Assembly (NCBI GenBank): GCA_963842765.1
Contig: CAWJHR010000013.1
Location: 15,256-79,255, forward strand
Origin: an uncultured Gammaproteobacteria bacterium
GTDB taxonomy: Bacteria; Pseudomonadota; Gammaproteobacteria; Steroidobacterales; Woeseiaceae
Reading direction: 5' to 3'
DNA: 64,000 bases
Shown: positions 46,241 through 54,603 of the stretch, piece after piece
How the letters are laid out: each line of letters starts with the position of its first letter
Position numbering within the stretch: position 1 is the first letter of the stretch
Translations under genes and position numbers: made by a program
The notes under the pieces: model-generated
Told to the model about the DNA's origin: nothing
The model's database searches: none
Seen by the model: only the letters and a program-made list of their open reading frames with translations

Positions 46241-46955
46241 ATGACTTTGCGTTTAATCTCGGCCTTAGTGGTCGTTTCGGCTTCGTTCTCTGCGATGGCC
46301 CAGGAAGTGCCCGAGAGCCCCTGGTCTGGTAAGGCAACCCTCGGTTACCTGGCAACGTCGGGCAATACGGAAAACTCCACGCTGAATTCCGGCGTTGAAG
46401 TTGGTTTTGCAACAGGGAAATGGCAGCACCTGGCCACCGCCACAGCGATCAGTGCCTCGGACAACGAGATCGCCACGGCAGAGGCCTACGGCCTTGGCTG
46501 GAAAAGTGAGCGTAACCTGACAGATACCGATTTCCTGTTCGGCAGGCTTGCCTGGCGCAAGGATCGCTTTAGCGGCTATGACAGCCAGTTCTCGCAGACC
46601 GTCGGTTATGGTCGCCGTCTGATTCACACCGATCAAGCACGTGCTCAACGTGGAAGTTGGCGCCGGTTCGCGGCAGTCCAAATTGAATACTGGCATCACA
46701 GAAAACGAGGCGATTTTCCGGGGCGGTGCCTACTACAAGTGGCTGTTCAGCGAAACGGCCGAATTTCGTCAGGATTTCACGACTGAGTCGGGCAGCAGCA
46801 ACACCTACTTCGAGTCAGTATCGGCCATATCCGCCAAGCTGCTTGGTGACCTGGCGCTGGTCGCCTCTTATACGATCAAGAACAACAGCGATGTACCGGC
46901 GTTGACAGAAAAAACCGATACCTACACGGCTTTGTCGTTGGAATACTTGTTCTGA
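46241..46955 (+). pseudogene. DUF481 (YdiY-like) outer-membrane beta-barrel protein, one frame disruption in this sequence
   Basis: Signal peptide MTLRLISALVVVSASFSAMAQE, alternating beta-strand pattern, C-terminal ...TALSLEYLF. ORFs 46241..46786 and 46641..46955 join at about 46636 (LIHTDQ / HVLNVEVGAGSRQ). Confidence 0.78.
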
Positions 46956-47018
46956 GCTGATGTCGCGTCGGCCAGGTCGATACGGCTGGTTCTTAAGTAA
47001 CTGATAATAAAAGAAAAA

Positions 47019-47046
47019 AGGCGCCCAAATCAGGGCGCCTTTTTTC
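47019..47046. terminator. Intrinsic terminator (potentially bidirectional)
   Basis: The hairpin aggcgccc-aaatca-gggcgcct is flanked by an A-run upstream (aaagaaaaaa) and ttttt downstream. Confidence 0.8.
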
Positions 47047-47070
47047 ATTGAAGAACAAAGGCCCGATCCA

Positions 47071-47099
47071 TTGCAAAAAAGTGGGGCGTCGAGTAGAAT
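47071..47099 (+). promoter_or_regulatory. Near-consensus sigma70 promoter for rplM-rpsI
   Basis: TTGCAA (47071..47076), 17-nt spacer, TAGAAT (47094..47099). It lies about 115 nt upstream of the rplM ATG. Confidence 0.55.
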
Positions 47100-47215
47100 T
47101 TCGCGCCTTTCGCCGTTGCGGCACCTGCTTTGCGGGAGCTCGCAGCACACGGGGCAACCAGACTGATCAAAGCCTCGTAGAAGAGCGACATTTTTCCCTG
47201 ACGGAAACCAGAATT

Positions 47216-47650
47216 ATGAAGACGTTTTCTGCAAAAGCAGCAGAAGTTCGCCGCGATTGGTACGTGATTGATGCCACGGGCAAGACCCTCGGTCGCCTGT
47301 CGACGGAAATCGCTCATCGCCTGCGTGGCAAACACAAGCCGGAATACACGCCGCACGTTGATACGGGTGACTACATTGTCGTGGTCAATGCCGAGAAAGT
47401 GCGCGTTACCGGCAACAAGCTGAAAGACAAGATTTATTACCGGCACACCGGTTATATCGGTAACCTGAAGTCGATCTCGCTCGAAAAGCTCCTGAAAGAG
47501 GCGCCGGAGCGCGTCATTGAGGGTGCCGTCAAGGGCATGCTGCCGCGGGGCTCGTTGGGTCGCCAGATGTATTCGAAGCTGCGCGTGTTTGCAGGTCCCG
47601 AGCATCCGCACGCTGCGCAGCAGCCCATACCTTTGCAAGTGAATGCTTAA
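47216..47650 (+). CDS. rplM: 50S ribosomal protein L13
   Basis: [61 protein letters not shown]... Confidence 0.98.
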   Translation: MKTFSAKAAEVRRDWYVIDATGKTLGRLSTEIAHRLRGKHKPEYTPHVDTGDYIVVVNAEKVRVTGNKLKDKIYYRHTGYIGNLKSISLEKLLKEAPERVIEGAVKGMLPRGSLGRQMYSKLRVFAGPEHPHAAQQPIPLQVNA

Positions 47651-47681
47651 GCCCTTAGAGCTTGAGCGTTGGGAAAATATT

Positions 47682-48074
47682 ATGAGTGATACGATTTTTT
47701 ACGGCACCGGACGACGCAAAACGTCGACCGCACGTGTGTTTCTGACAGCCGGCACTGGCGACATCACGGTGAACAAACGTCCGCTGGGAACGTTCTTCGG
47801 CCGCAAGACCGCGCAGATGATCGTGCGCCAGCCGCTCGAACTGACTCAGTTGAACGAGAAGTTCAATGTCAATGTCACCGTCAAAGGCGGCGGCACGACG
47901 GGGCAGGCGGGCGCAATTCGGCATGGCCTGACCCGGGCGCTGATGGAATACGATGAGTCGCTGCGTCCGTCCCTGCGCAAGGCCGGGTTTGTTACCCGCG
48001 ATGCCCGCGAGGTTGAGCGCAAGAAGGTTGGCCTGAGAAAAGCCCGCCGCGCCACGCAGTACTCGAAGCGCTAG
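47682..48074 (+). CDS. rpsI: 30S ribosomal protein S9
   Basis: [21 protein letters not shown]...[19 protein letters not shown]...[12 protein letters not shown]. Confidence 0.98.
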   Translation: MSDTIFYGTGRRKTSTARVFLTAGTGDITVNKRPLGTFFGRKTAQMIVRQPLELTQLNEKFNVNVTVKGGGTTGQAGAIRHGLTRALMEYDESLRPSLRKAGFVTRDAREVERKKVGLRKARRATQYSKR

Positions 48075-48103
48075 TATTTCGAGGATTTACGATCGCTTGT
48101 TAC

Positions 48104-48177
48104 TGGGGGATCGTCTAGTGGTAGGACTGCGGACTCTGACTCCGCCAACGGGGGTTCGAATCCCTCTCCCCCAGCCA
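48104..48177 (+). tRNA. tRNA-Gln (anticodon CTG)
   Basis: Hand-folded cloverleaf: acceptor TGGGGGA/TCCCCCA, D arm GTCT/GGAC, anticodon arm GCGGA-CTCTGAC-TCCGC, T arm GGGGG-TTCGAAT-CCCTC, discriminator G, encoded CCA. Confidence 0.92.
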
Positions 48178-48184
48178 AAAAACG

Positions 48185-48211
48185 AAAGCCCGCTAACGCG
48201 GGCTTTTTTTT
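48185..48211 (+). terminator. Intrinsic terminator after tRNA-Gln (A-run on the other side could also serve convergent rpiA)
   Basis: The hairpin gcccgc-taac-gcgggc is followed by tttttttt. Confidence 0.85.
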
Positions 48212-48216
48212 GACTG

Positions 48217-48876
48217 TCAGGTGCGCATTTCTCGCACGCCGCCAGCGTGGGCAACCAACAGAATGTCAGCCGGGCGCAGCGCAAAGATGCCGACAGTTAC
48301 GACGCCCGGTAGACGATCAATGCGGGTCTCCATCTCGAGCGGATTGGAGATCTTCAGGCCATGTACGTCGAGAATATGGTTGCCGTTGTCGGTAATGAAC
48401 CCATCACGCCAGACGGGTTGACCGCGCATCTTCATTAATCGTCGAGTGATAAATTCCTGAGCCATCGGCAGCACTTCGATCGGCAACGGAAATTCGCCGA
48501 GCATACCGACCAGCTTGGTATCGTCGACGATACAAACAAAACGTCGCGACGCGGCGGCTAATATTTTCTCGCGCGTCAGCGCGCCACCGCCGCCTTTGAT
48601 CAGCCGCAGGTGCTTGTCAGCCTCATCGGCGCCATCGATGTAAAGATCGAGGTCCGGCACCTGGTTCAGCGTTCGAACCTCAAAGCCGCGGTCTTCCAGG
48701 AGTGCGGTTGAGGCGCGGGAGCTGGATACGACGCAGTCAATAAGATCGCGTTTTTCCTCGAGCATATCGATAAGGAAATTAACCGTGGAACCGGTGCCGA
48801 CACCGAGTTTCATGCCGGGCTCGATAAACTCAAGGGCGGCCGTTGCCGCGAGGCGTTTTTTCTCTGCTGGATCCAT
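48217..48876 (-). CDS. rpiA: Ribose-5-phosphate isomerase A
   Basis: KLGVGTGSTVNFLID...DLYIDGADEAD...LIKGGGGALTREKI motifs. Confidence 0.95.
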   Translation of the reverse strand: MDPAEKKRLAATAALEFIEPGMKLGVGTGSTVNFLIDMLEEKRDLIDCVVSSSRASTALLEDRGFEVRTLNQVPDLDLYIDGADEADKHLRLIKGGGGALTREKILAAASRRFVCIVDDTKLVGMLGEFPLPIEVLPMAQEFITRRLMKMRGQPVWRDGFITDNGNHILDVHGLKISNPLEMETRIDRLPGVVTVGIFALRPADILLVAHAGGVREMRT

Positions 48877-48937
48877 GGGGCCGTACTATAGTCAAATTGG
48901 CACCCGATTTGTATGCGGCAGAGCACAGTTCGACGAC

Positions 48938-48965
48938 AAAAAAAAGAGCCCGCCAAGGCGGGCTC
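48938..48965 (-). terminator. Intrinsic terminator downstream of the Lys-rich protein gene
   Basis: On the minus strand, gagcccgcc-tt-ggcgggctc is followed by tttttttt. Confidence 0.85.
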
Positions 48966-49011
48966 TCATATTTGCTTCGGAAGAAGGCCTCCTTCCGTAG
49001 CGACTAACTAA

Positions 49012-49565
49012 CTACCGTCTCCTGCGGCTAGCCTTTTTCCGTGTGGCTTTGCGCTTGGTAGCTTTTCTCTTCGTCTTACGCTTGGCTACTTTCTTCTTCG
49101 CCTTACGCTTCGTCGCTTTCTTTTTCGTCTTACGCTTGGCTACTTTCTTCTTCGCCTTACGCTTTGTCGCTTTCTTCTTGGTTTTACGCTTGGCGACTTT
49201 CTTTTTCGCCTTACGTTTGGCCTTCTTCTTGGTTTTCCGTTTTGCTACTTTCTTCTTCGCTTTCTTTTTCGTCTTACGCTTGGCTACTTTCTTCTTCGCC
49301 TTACGCTTCGTCGCTTTCTTTTTCGTTTCGTCTTACGCTTGGCTACTTTCTTCTTCGCCTTACGCTTCGTCGCTTTCTTCTTCGTCTTACGCTTGGCTAC
49401 TTTTTTCTTCGCTTTGCGTTTCGTTGCTTTCTTCTTCGTCTTACGCTTAGCTACTTTCTTCTTCGCTACGCGTCTTTTCGGTGCTGCTTTCTTACGAGTT
49501 ACTTTCCGCTTCTTAGCGACTTTCCGCTTCGAAGCTTTTTTACGAGACTTCTTTTTGGTAGCCAT
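49012..49565 (-). pseudogene. Lys/Ala-rich histone H1-like (nucleoid-associated type) tandem-repeat protein, frame broken by a 5-nt duplication
   Basis: ORF 49284..49565 reads MATKKKSRKKASKRKVAKKRKV...KKKATKRKAKKKVAKRKT repeated. My translation past 49321 in the adjacent frame continues the same 18-aa repeat down to RKKASRRRR and the TAG at 49014..49012. About 182 aa if tttcg (49326..49330) is removed. Confidence 0.75.
49081..49445 (-). repeat. Seven tandem copies of a 54-nt coding repeat (two shortened to 51 and 39 nt, one of 59 nt)
   Basis: I counted the unit boundaries by hand: 49081, 49135, 49189, 49240, 49279, 49338 and 49392. Consensus cttggctactttcttcttcgccttacgcttcgtcgctttctttttcgtcttacg. 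Confidence 0.9.
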
Positions 49566-49891
49566 TCATTTTCTCCGTGTCGGGTACCCGGAGCTGAGTA
49601 TATACAACAATTGTGAAAAATCCAGAAACTGCGCACGTTCTGCAGGGCTGAAAAACCATGCTTTTTTACGACTCTACGAGAGTTGCAACCGCTCCAAAGG
49701 CAGCGGCTTCGACCGGCGAGCTGATTGTGATCGACAAGCAGGTTGCCAATTTGATTCGAGCCAGCAACATGCAACGACAACGCCGGGCGTATTCGTGCAT
49801 CCGCTTTCGTATCGCGTCAGCGAACTTATAAAAAGGAGTTTGTATTGCAGGATTGCGTGCCATACGCCGCATCAGTGGCGGGCAGGAAGCA

Positions 49892-50446
49892 TCAGTTAGC
49901 GTCAGAAAAAACCGTATAAAGCCGTATATCCCAAGGATTTGGCCGTATTTCCTCAACTTCCTGGCACGCGAAGGCAACGCCGATCAGTTTAGGTTGAAAC
50001 CACAGTTGCCTGTGCCTGAGGAAGGCAAAACAACGATCGAAATATCCTCCGCCCATTCCGATCCGATTGTTGTTCTTGTCAAAAGCGACAGTCGGTGTAA
50101 TCACAATGTCCAGGTTGCGAGGAGGAATCAGTTCGCCGTCGACCGGCTCCCAAATTCCGAAAGAGTTTTGTTCTAACGTGCTTTTGTGACTCAGTTCACG
50201 AAACAACATTTTTCTGCGTTCGCGCAAAACTGGCACGAAAATGCGCTTGTTTGCGCGCAAGGCCGCTTCGATGATGCTGCCGGTGTCTACCTCGTCGTCC
50301 AGTGACAGATAGCAAGCGATCGATTGGCTGGCAAAAAAAAGACGAGAGTGAATGACGCGTTTGCAGATTAACTCCGACGCTGTCGCGCGTTCGTACTCGT
50401 CCATTTCGCGACGAGCGCGCAACGCTTTTGCACGAAGTTGTTTCAT
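49892..50446 (-). CDS. ygfA: 5-formyltetrahydrofolate cyclo-ligase
   Basis: MKQLRAKALRARREM...IACYLSLDDEVDT...IVITPTVAFDKNNNRIGMGGGYFDR; zapA-ssrS-ygfA synteny. The ORF-track start at 50623 runs through the 6S RNA and is rejected. Confidence 0.88.
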   Translation of the reverse strand: MKQLRAKALRARREMDEYERATASELICKRVIHSRLFFASQSIACYLSLDDEVDTGSIIEAALRANKRIFVPVLRERRKMLFRELSHKSTLEQNSFGIWEPVDGELIPPRNLDIVITPTVAFDKNNNRIGMGGGYFDRCFAFLRHRQLWFQPKLIGVAFACQEVEEIRPNPWDIRLYTVFSDAN

Positions 50447-50451
50447 CGTAA

Positions 50452-50643
50452 GGAGGCGCCTCCCGCCTGTGCCGTTACAAACCGTCGCTCTCGAACCAGA
50501 GCAACAGGTGGGGTCAGCCGTGGCCGCAACAGGCTTACCGTCGAAACGGCGCTGCGCAAATGCTGCCGACAGAACACGACCCCGAGATAAATATTTAGGG
50601 TCGAAAGGTTTCCAGGTTGGCATCGAACACTGCAGGAGGCGCC
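50452..50643 (-). ncRNA. ssrS: 6S RNA
   Basis: It occupies the canonical slot between zapA and ygfA. The 5' end GGCGCCUCCUGC pairs over 12 bp with the 3' end GCGGGAGGCGCC. The 5' GUGUUCG element resembles E. coli 6S (GAUGUUCG). Length is about 190 nt. The ends are approximate. Confidence 0.7.
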
Positions 50644-50691
50644 AATTTGATTGTCCAGTCGCAAACTTGGCGAAAACGCCAAGCTAGCGTT

Positions 50692-51006
50692 TTAAAGATC
50701 GAGTTGCTGCGTATCACTTAATGCGTTGTCGACGCGATCCGATATGAGTTTTAGTCTGTTGCTGAACGTGCCTTCGATTTCACTGTCACGGGCTTTCGCG
50801 TGCAGTAGATCATTGGCCATATTCAGCGCTGCCATGACAGCAATGCGGTCAAGCCCGACAATGCTCCCCGTATCGCGAATCTCGCGCATCTTGGAATTCA
50901 GCGCTTCAGCGGAGTCGAGCAGGTCAGTGCGTTCCTCCGGTGGGCATGCCACCAGGTATTCCTTGTCGAGGATGCGAACGCTTACGTGGGCAACCTGATT
51001 CGTCAT
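50692..51006 (-). CDS. zapA: Cell division protein ZapA
   Basis: 104 aa with VSVRILDKEYLVACPPEERTDLLDSAEALNSKMREI...RIAVMAALNMANDL. Confidence 0.92.
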   Translation of the reverse strand: MTNQVAHVSVRILDKEYLVACPPEERTDLLDSAEALNSKMREIRDTGSIVGLDRIAVMAALNMANDLLHAKARDSEIEGTFSNRLKLISDRVDNALSDTQQLDL

Positions 51007-51040
51007 TCGACGTGCTCCGCTGGACTATTGATTGACAGGT

Positions 51041-51271
51041 TCATGAACCCTGTTCCATTGCTTTGAGCCGACCAATCATTGCTTCAACACGGGCTCGCAC
51101 CTGTTCGTTCTTTTGTAGCAACGTGGCGCGTTCAGACGTGAGAACGTCCTGGCGCTGCTTTAAGGAGCGATTCTCGTCCTGTAATTGATCGCAGACACCG
51201 ACTAGGGCGTCAACGCGCTTTTCAAGGCGCTTGAGTTCGTGCTCGAAGGTCGAATTTATGCTGTCAGCCAT
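51041..51271 (-). CDS. Small coiled-coil protein (TIGR02449-like, ZapB-like) upstream of zapA
   Basis: 76-aa heptad-rich ORF LKRLEKRVDALVGVCDQLQDENRSLKQRQ...; conserved position upstream of zapA in pseudomonads. Confidence 0.7.
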   Translation of the reverse strand: MADSINSTFEHELKRLEKRVDALVGVCDQLQDENRSLKQRQDVLTSERATLLQKNEQVRARVEAMIGRLKAMEQGS

Positions 51272-51399
51272 TGGAGCAATATAGTCAGCCCGATGGATAG
51301 AATCAATCGTCTTATGTCACTACTGCAGGACTTCATGGCCAGCGGCGGACGTCCATGGGATCATAAGGGTTTGGCAGGGTTGAAAAGGTTGGCGCCAGG

Positions 51400-51993
51400 A
51401 TGGATGAAAAAGTCGATCACGATGCACTCGAAGACGCACTAAGGCGCTGTGGCGCGAGCTGGGACGCCGCGCAAACTCATGGTCTGTTGACTGGGCGACT
51501 GGCGGTCTCAGGCGTGGCGGCGGGCCCTGACTGGCTGTTGCAGGTGCTCGAGGGAACGGACGAGACCAACGCGCAGCGCGCGGCGTGTCAGCAGATGCTG
51601 GACACGCTCTACCAGGCGACCTACTGGGAGCTATCGGAGCGACTGTCCGAGTTCACGCCGCTGTTGCCCGACGATCAAACCGATGCAGTTTTGCGCACCG
51701 CAGCGATGGCGCACTGGAGTGAAGGTTTTCTCCACGGCCTGGTCTCGGCACAGCATGGCGACGCGCTGCGGGACCGGCTGGCGGCGGAACCACTGGCCGA
51801 CATCATTCGAGATATATTGCAGATTACCCGGGCGGAACTTGACGAGGCGACTGATGCCGAGACCAATGAGGCGGCGTACGTGGAATTGGTGGAGTTCTTG
51901 CGAGTCGCCGCGCAGCTGGCGTACGAAGAGCTTGCCGATATCCGCGATGCAACCCGGCGCTCGCAGGCCGACAGTCCGGATACCATGCACTGA
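51400..51993 (+). CDS. ygfB: UPF0149 family protein YgfB
   Basis: 197 aa with ...THGLLTGRLAV...WSEGFLHGL...; ygfB-pepP-ubiH-ubiI synteny. The start is uncertain. Confidence 0.8.
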   Translation: MDEKVDHDALEDALRRCGASWDAAQTHGLLTGRLAVSGVAAGPDWLLQVLEGTDETNAQRAACQQMLDTLYQATYWELSERLSEFTPLLPDDQTDAVLRTAAMAHWSEGFLHGLVSAQHGDALRDRLAAEPLADIIRDILQITRAELDEATDAETNEAAYVELVEFLRVAAQLAYEELADIRDATRRSQADSPDTMH

Positions 51994-52054
51994 TACCGAT
52001 TGGCGGCGTAGAATACGGGACGCCCGAAACTAACCGCGAGCTCGACCCAACGAA

Positions 52055-53359
52055 ATGAACAGTAAAGAATTCGCGCGCCGCCGCCGGCAGTTGATGCGGA
52101 TGGTCGGTGTCGGTGGCATCGCCATACTGCCTGCTGCACCTGTCAGAACGCGTAGTCGCGACGTCGAGTATCGCTACCGGCAGGACAGCGATTTTTATTA
52201 CCTGACCGGGTTCGCTGAACCTGAGGCCGTTGCCGTGCTCGTGCCCGGCCGGGCCAGTGGTGAGTTCCTGTTGTTCTGTCGCGACCGTGACTCGGCGAAA
52301 GAGCAGTGGGACGGGTCGCGGGCGGGCCAGGACGGTGCCGTGAGCGACTACAGTGCCGACGATGCGTTTCCTATTGATGATATCGACGAGATTCTTCCGG
52401 GCATCATGGAGTCCTGCAGCCGTGTCTACTACACGATGGGGATGTACCCGGAATTTGATGCGCGCATCGCGGACTGGGTTAATTCGCTGCGCTCCGGATT
52501 GTCGCGCGGCGTGCACTCACCGCAGGAGTTCGTTGCACTCGATCATCTGCTGCACGATATGCGACTGTACAAAAGCCGTGCGGAGGTCGCAGCCATGCGC
52601 AGGTCCGCCAAAGTCGCCGTTGAAGCACACAAGCGCGCCATGCAGGTAACGCGGCCCGGCATGCTGGAGTACGAAATTGAGGCCGAGTTTCGCTACGAAT
52701 TTCGCCGCAACAATGCCTGGGTTTCCTACAGTCCGATTGTCGGCGGCGGTGCTAACGCCTGCACGCTGCACTACGTTGAGAACCAGGCGCCGCTGCGGGA
52801 TGGTGATCTGCTCTTGATTGATGCCGGTTGTGAGCTCGACTACTACGCGTCCGACATTACGCGAACGTTTCCCGTCAACGGGCGTTTTAGCCCGGAACAG
52901 CTGGCCGTCTACGAGATCGTGCTCGAGGCGCAGCTGGCCGCTATCGACAAGATCGTTGCCGGCAATCACTGGAATGAACCGCATGATGCAGCCGTCAGGG
53001 TCATAGTCAAAGGCTTGCGCAAGCTCGGTTTGATCGAAGGCTCACTGCCGCGCCTGATCAAGGACGGTGGGTACCGGGAGTTCTACATGCATCGTACCGG
53101 CCACTGGATCGGCATGGACGTACACGATGTCGGGGATTACAAGGTCGCTGACGAGTGGCGCGTCCTGGAGACCGGCATGGTGACGACGGTCGAGCCGGGT
53201 ATCTATATCCCCAACAAGCGCAGTGTCCCGAAGGCGTTTCGAAATATCGGAGTGCGCATTGAAGATGACGTTGCAATAACGTCGAAAGGACCGGACGTGC
53301 TCAGCAAAGGCCTGGTCAAAGTGCCCGACGACATCGAGGCACTGATGCACTCGTCATGA
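52055..53359 (+). CDS. pepP: Xaa-Pro aminopeptidase
   Basis: 434 aa, YRQDSDFYYLTGF, DAGCELDYYASDITRTFP, HRTGHWIGMDVHD, VEPGIY (M24B metal ligands). Confidence 0.94.
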   Translation: MNSKEFARRRRQLMRMVGVGGIAILPAAPVRTRSRDVEYRYRQDSDFYYLTGFAEPEAVAVLVPGRASGEFLLFCRDRDSAKEQWDGSRAGQDGAVSDYSADDAFPIDDIDEILPGIMESCSRVYYTMGMYPEFDARIADWVNSLRSGLSRGVHSPQEFVALDHLLHDMRLYKSRAEVAAMRRSAKVAVEAHKRAMQVTRPGMLEYEIEAEFRYEFRRNNAWVSYSPIVGGGANACTLHYVENQAPLRDGDLLLIDAGCELDYYASDITRTFPVNGRFSPEQLAVYEIVLEAQLAAIDKIVAGNHWNEPHDAAVRVIVKGLRKLGLIEGSLPRLIKDGGYREFYMHRTGHWIGMDVHDVGDYKVADEWRVLETGMVTTVEPGIYIPNKRSVPKAFRNIGVRIEDDVAITSKGPDVLSKGLVKVPDDIEALMHSS

Positions 53360-54603
53360 ACGCAACCGCAAACGACAGCACCTACGATATCGTCATCGCC
53401 GGGGGCGGCATGATTGGCACCAGCCTGGCCATTGCATTGGCGCCTCTCGGGCTGCGGGTCGCGATTGTTGAGGCGGTAGAGCGCAAGGCCGACCAGCAGC
53501 CGAGTTTCGATGATCGTTCAACCGCACTCTCGCGCAGCACGCAACGCATGTTCGAAGCCATGGAGCTGTGGCCGGCAATCGTCGCCGCCGCCACGCCGAT
53601 ACGGCATATCCATGTCTCCGATCGCGGTCGTTTCGGGTTCTCGCACATCTCTGCCGAAGAACAGCGCGTCGAGGCTCTCGGCTACGTCGTAATCAACCGG
53701 GTGCTGGGCGCGGTGCTGCAACAGGCGCTTGGCGAATCCGACAATGTCGATGTCATCTGCCCGGCCCGCATCGTTGGCGTCACGCTGCAGGCTGACAACG
53801 CAGCGGCGGTCGTCGAGCACAAGTCGGGCGAGCAGCAAATCGTTAGCTGCCGGCTGCTGGTTGCTGCTGACGGCGCCAACTCATCGGTGCGGGACATGCT
53901 CGGTATCGCAGCACAGACACAACGCTACGAGCAGCGCGCAGTGATCGGCAATCTTCTCCCGGAAAAATCGCTGGATAATCGCGCGTACGAGCGTTTCACG
54001 GAACAAGGACCGCTCGCATTGCTACCGCTTGCCGATGATCGCGCAGGCTTTGTCTGGACGGTTTCCGAGGACGAGGCCGAGCGGGTTCTGGCGCTGGATG
54101 ACGTGGCGTTTTTGCACGAGTTCCAGGAACAGTTTGGTTATCGGCTCGGTACCTTTTCGCGAGTTGGCAAGCGGGCGTCTTACCCGTTGCTGTTGAGCAA
54201 AGCGGCGCGGTTGACGGCGACGCGCAGCGTGTTGGTTGGCAATGCCGCACACGGTTTACACCCTGTCGCCGCGCAAGGGTTCAACTTAGGGTTGCGCGAC
54301 GTGGCCGCGCTGTGCGACTGCATTGCCGACGCGTGCCGCGAGACCGATAGCTTTGATCCGGGCAGCGAGCAGCTCCTCGAGCGCTATGCCAACTGGCGAC
54401 GCGACGACCAGAACAAGCTGGTGCGCTTTACCGACGGAATCGTCAAGTTGTTCGGCAGTTCGCGTCGGCCGCTCCGCGCGCTGCGCAACGTGGGCATGCT
54501 TGGTTTTGATCTCGTTCCCGGTGTGCGTTCGCTGTTTGCCAGGCACACGATGGGCCTCGCGGGCCGTTTGCCACGATTGTCGCGTGGCGTGCCCCTCAAG
54601 TGA
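53356..54603 (+). CDS. ubiH: 2-octaprenyl-6-methoxyphenol hydroxylase (FAD monooxygenase)
   Basis: DIVIAGGGMIGTSLA (GxGxxG), LLVAADGANSSVR, GNAAHGLHPVAAQGFNLGLRD. It is the first of the two paralogues after pepP, as in E. coli. Confidence 0.85.
   Translation: MNATANDSTYDIVIAGGGMIGTSLAIALAPLGLRVAIVEAVERKADQQPSFDDRSTALSRSTQRMFEAMELWPAIVAAATPIRHIHVSDRGRFGFSHISAEEQRVEALGYVVINRVLGAVLQQALGESDNVDVICPARIVGVTLQADNAAAVVEHKSGEQQIVSCRLLVAADGANSSVRDMLGIAAQTQRYEQRAVIGNLLPEKSLDNRAYERFTEQGPLALLPLADDRAGFVWTVSEDEAERVLALDDVAFLHEFQEQFGYRLGTFSRVGKRASYPLLLSKAARLTATRSVLVGNAAHGLHPVAAQGFNLGLRDVAALCDCIADACRETDSFDPGSEQLLERYANWRRDDQNKLVRFTDGIVKLFGSSRRPLRALRNVGMLGFDLVPGVRSLFARHTMGLAGRLPRLSRGVPLK

Noticed and set aside
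49081-49445. Possible CRISPR array or non-coding satellite, because of the regular 54-nt repeats.
   Set aside because: The repeats are directly adjacent with no spacers. Their lengths are multiples of 3 (54, 51, 39), except for the 59-nt unit carrying the 5-nt duplication. They translate into a coherent basic protein, and no cas genes are present.
49657-49830. A 57-codon plus-strand ORF (MLFYDSTRVATAPKAAAS...) in the long spacer upstream of the Lys-rich gene.
   Set aside because: It has no SD, no recognisable motifs and an odd composition. I kept it only as a note within the spacer finding.
49043-49899. Long plus-strand ORFs (49043..49450, 49164..49616, 49339..49899) rich in F, L, S and A across the repeat region.
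   Set aside because: They are mirror images of the Lys-codon repeat on the minus strand (AAG/AAA read as CTT/TTT). They have no start context. The minus strand has an ATG, a repeat-consistent translation, a stop and its own terminator.
50447-50623. The 59-codon N-terminal extension of the ygfA ORF (ORF-track start 50623).
   Set aside because: The extension has no similarity to 5-formyltetrahydrofolate cyclo-ligases and overlaps the predicted 6S RNA. The internal Met at 50446 gives the normal protein length.
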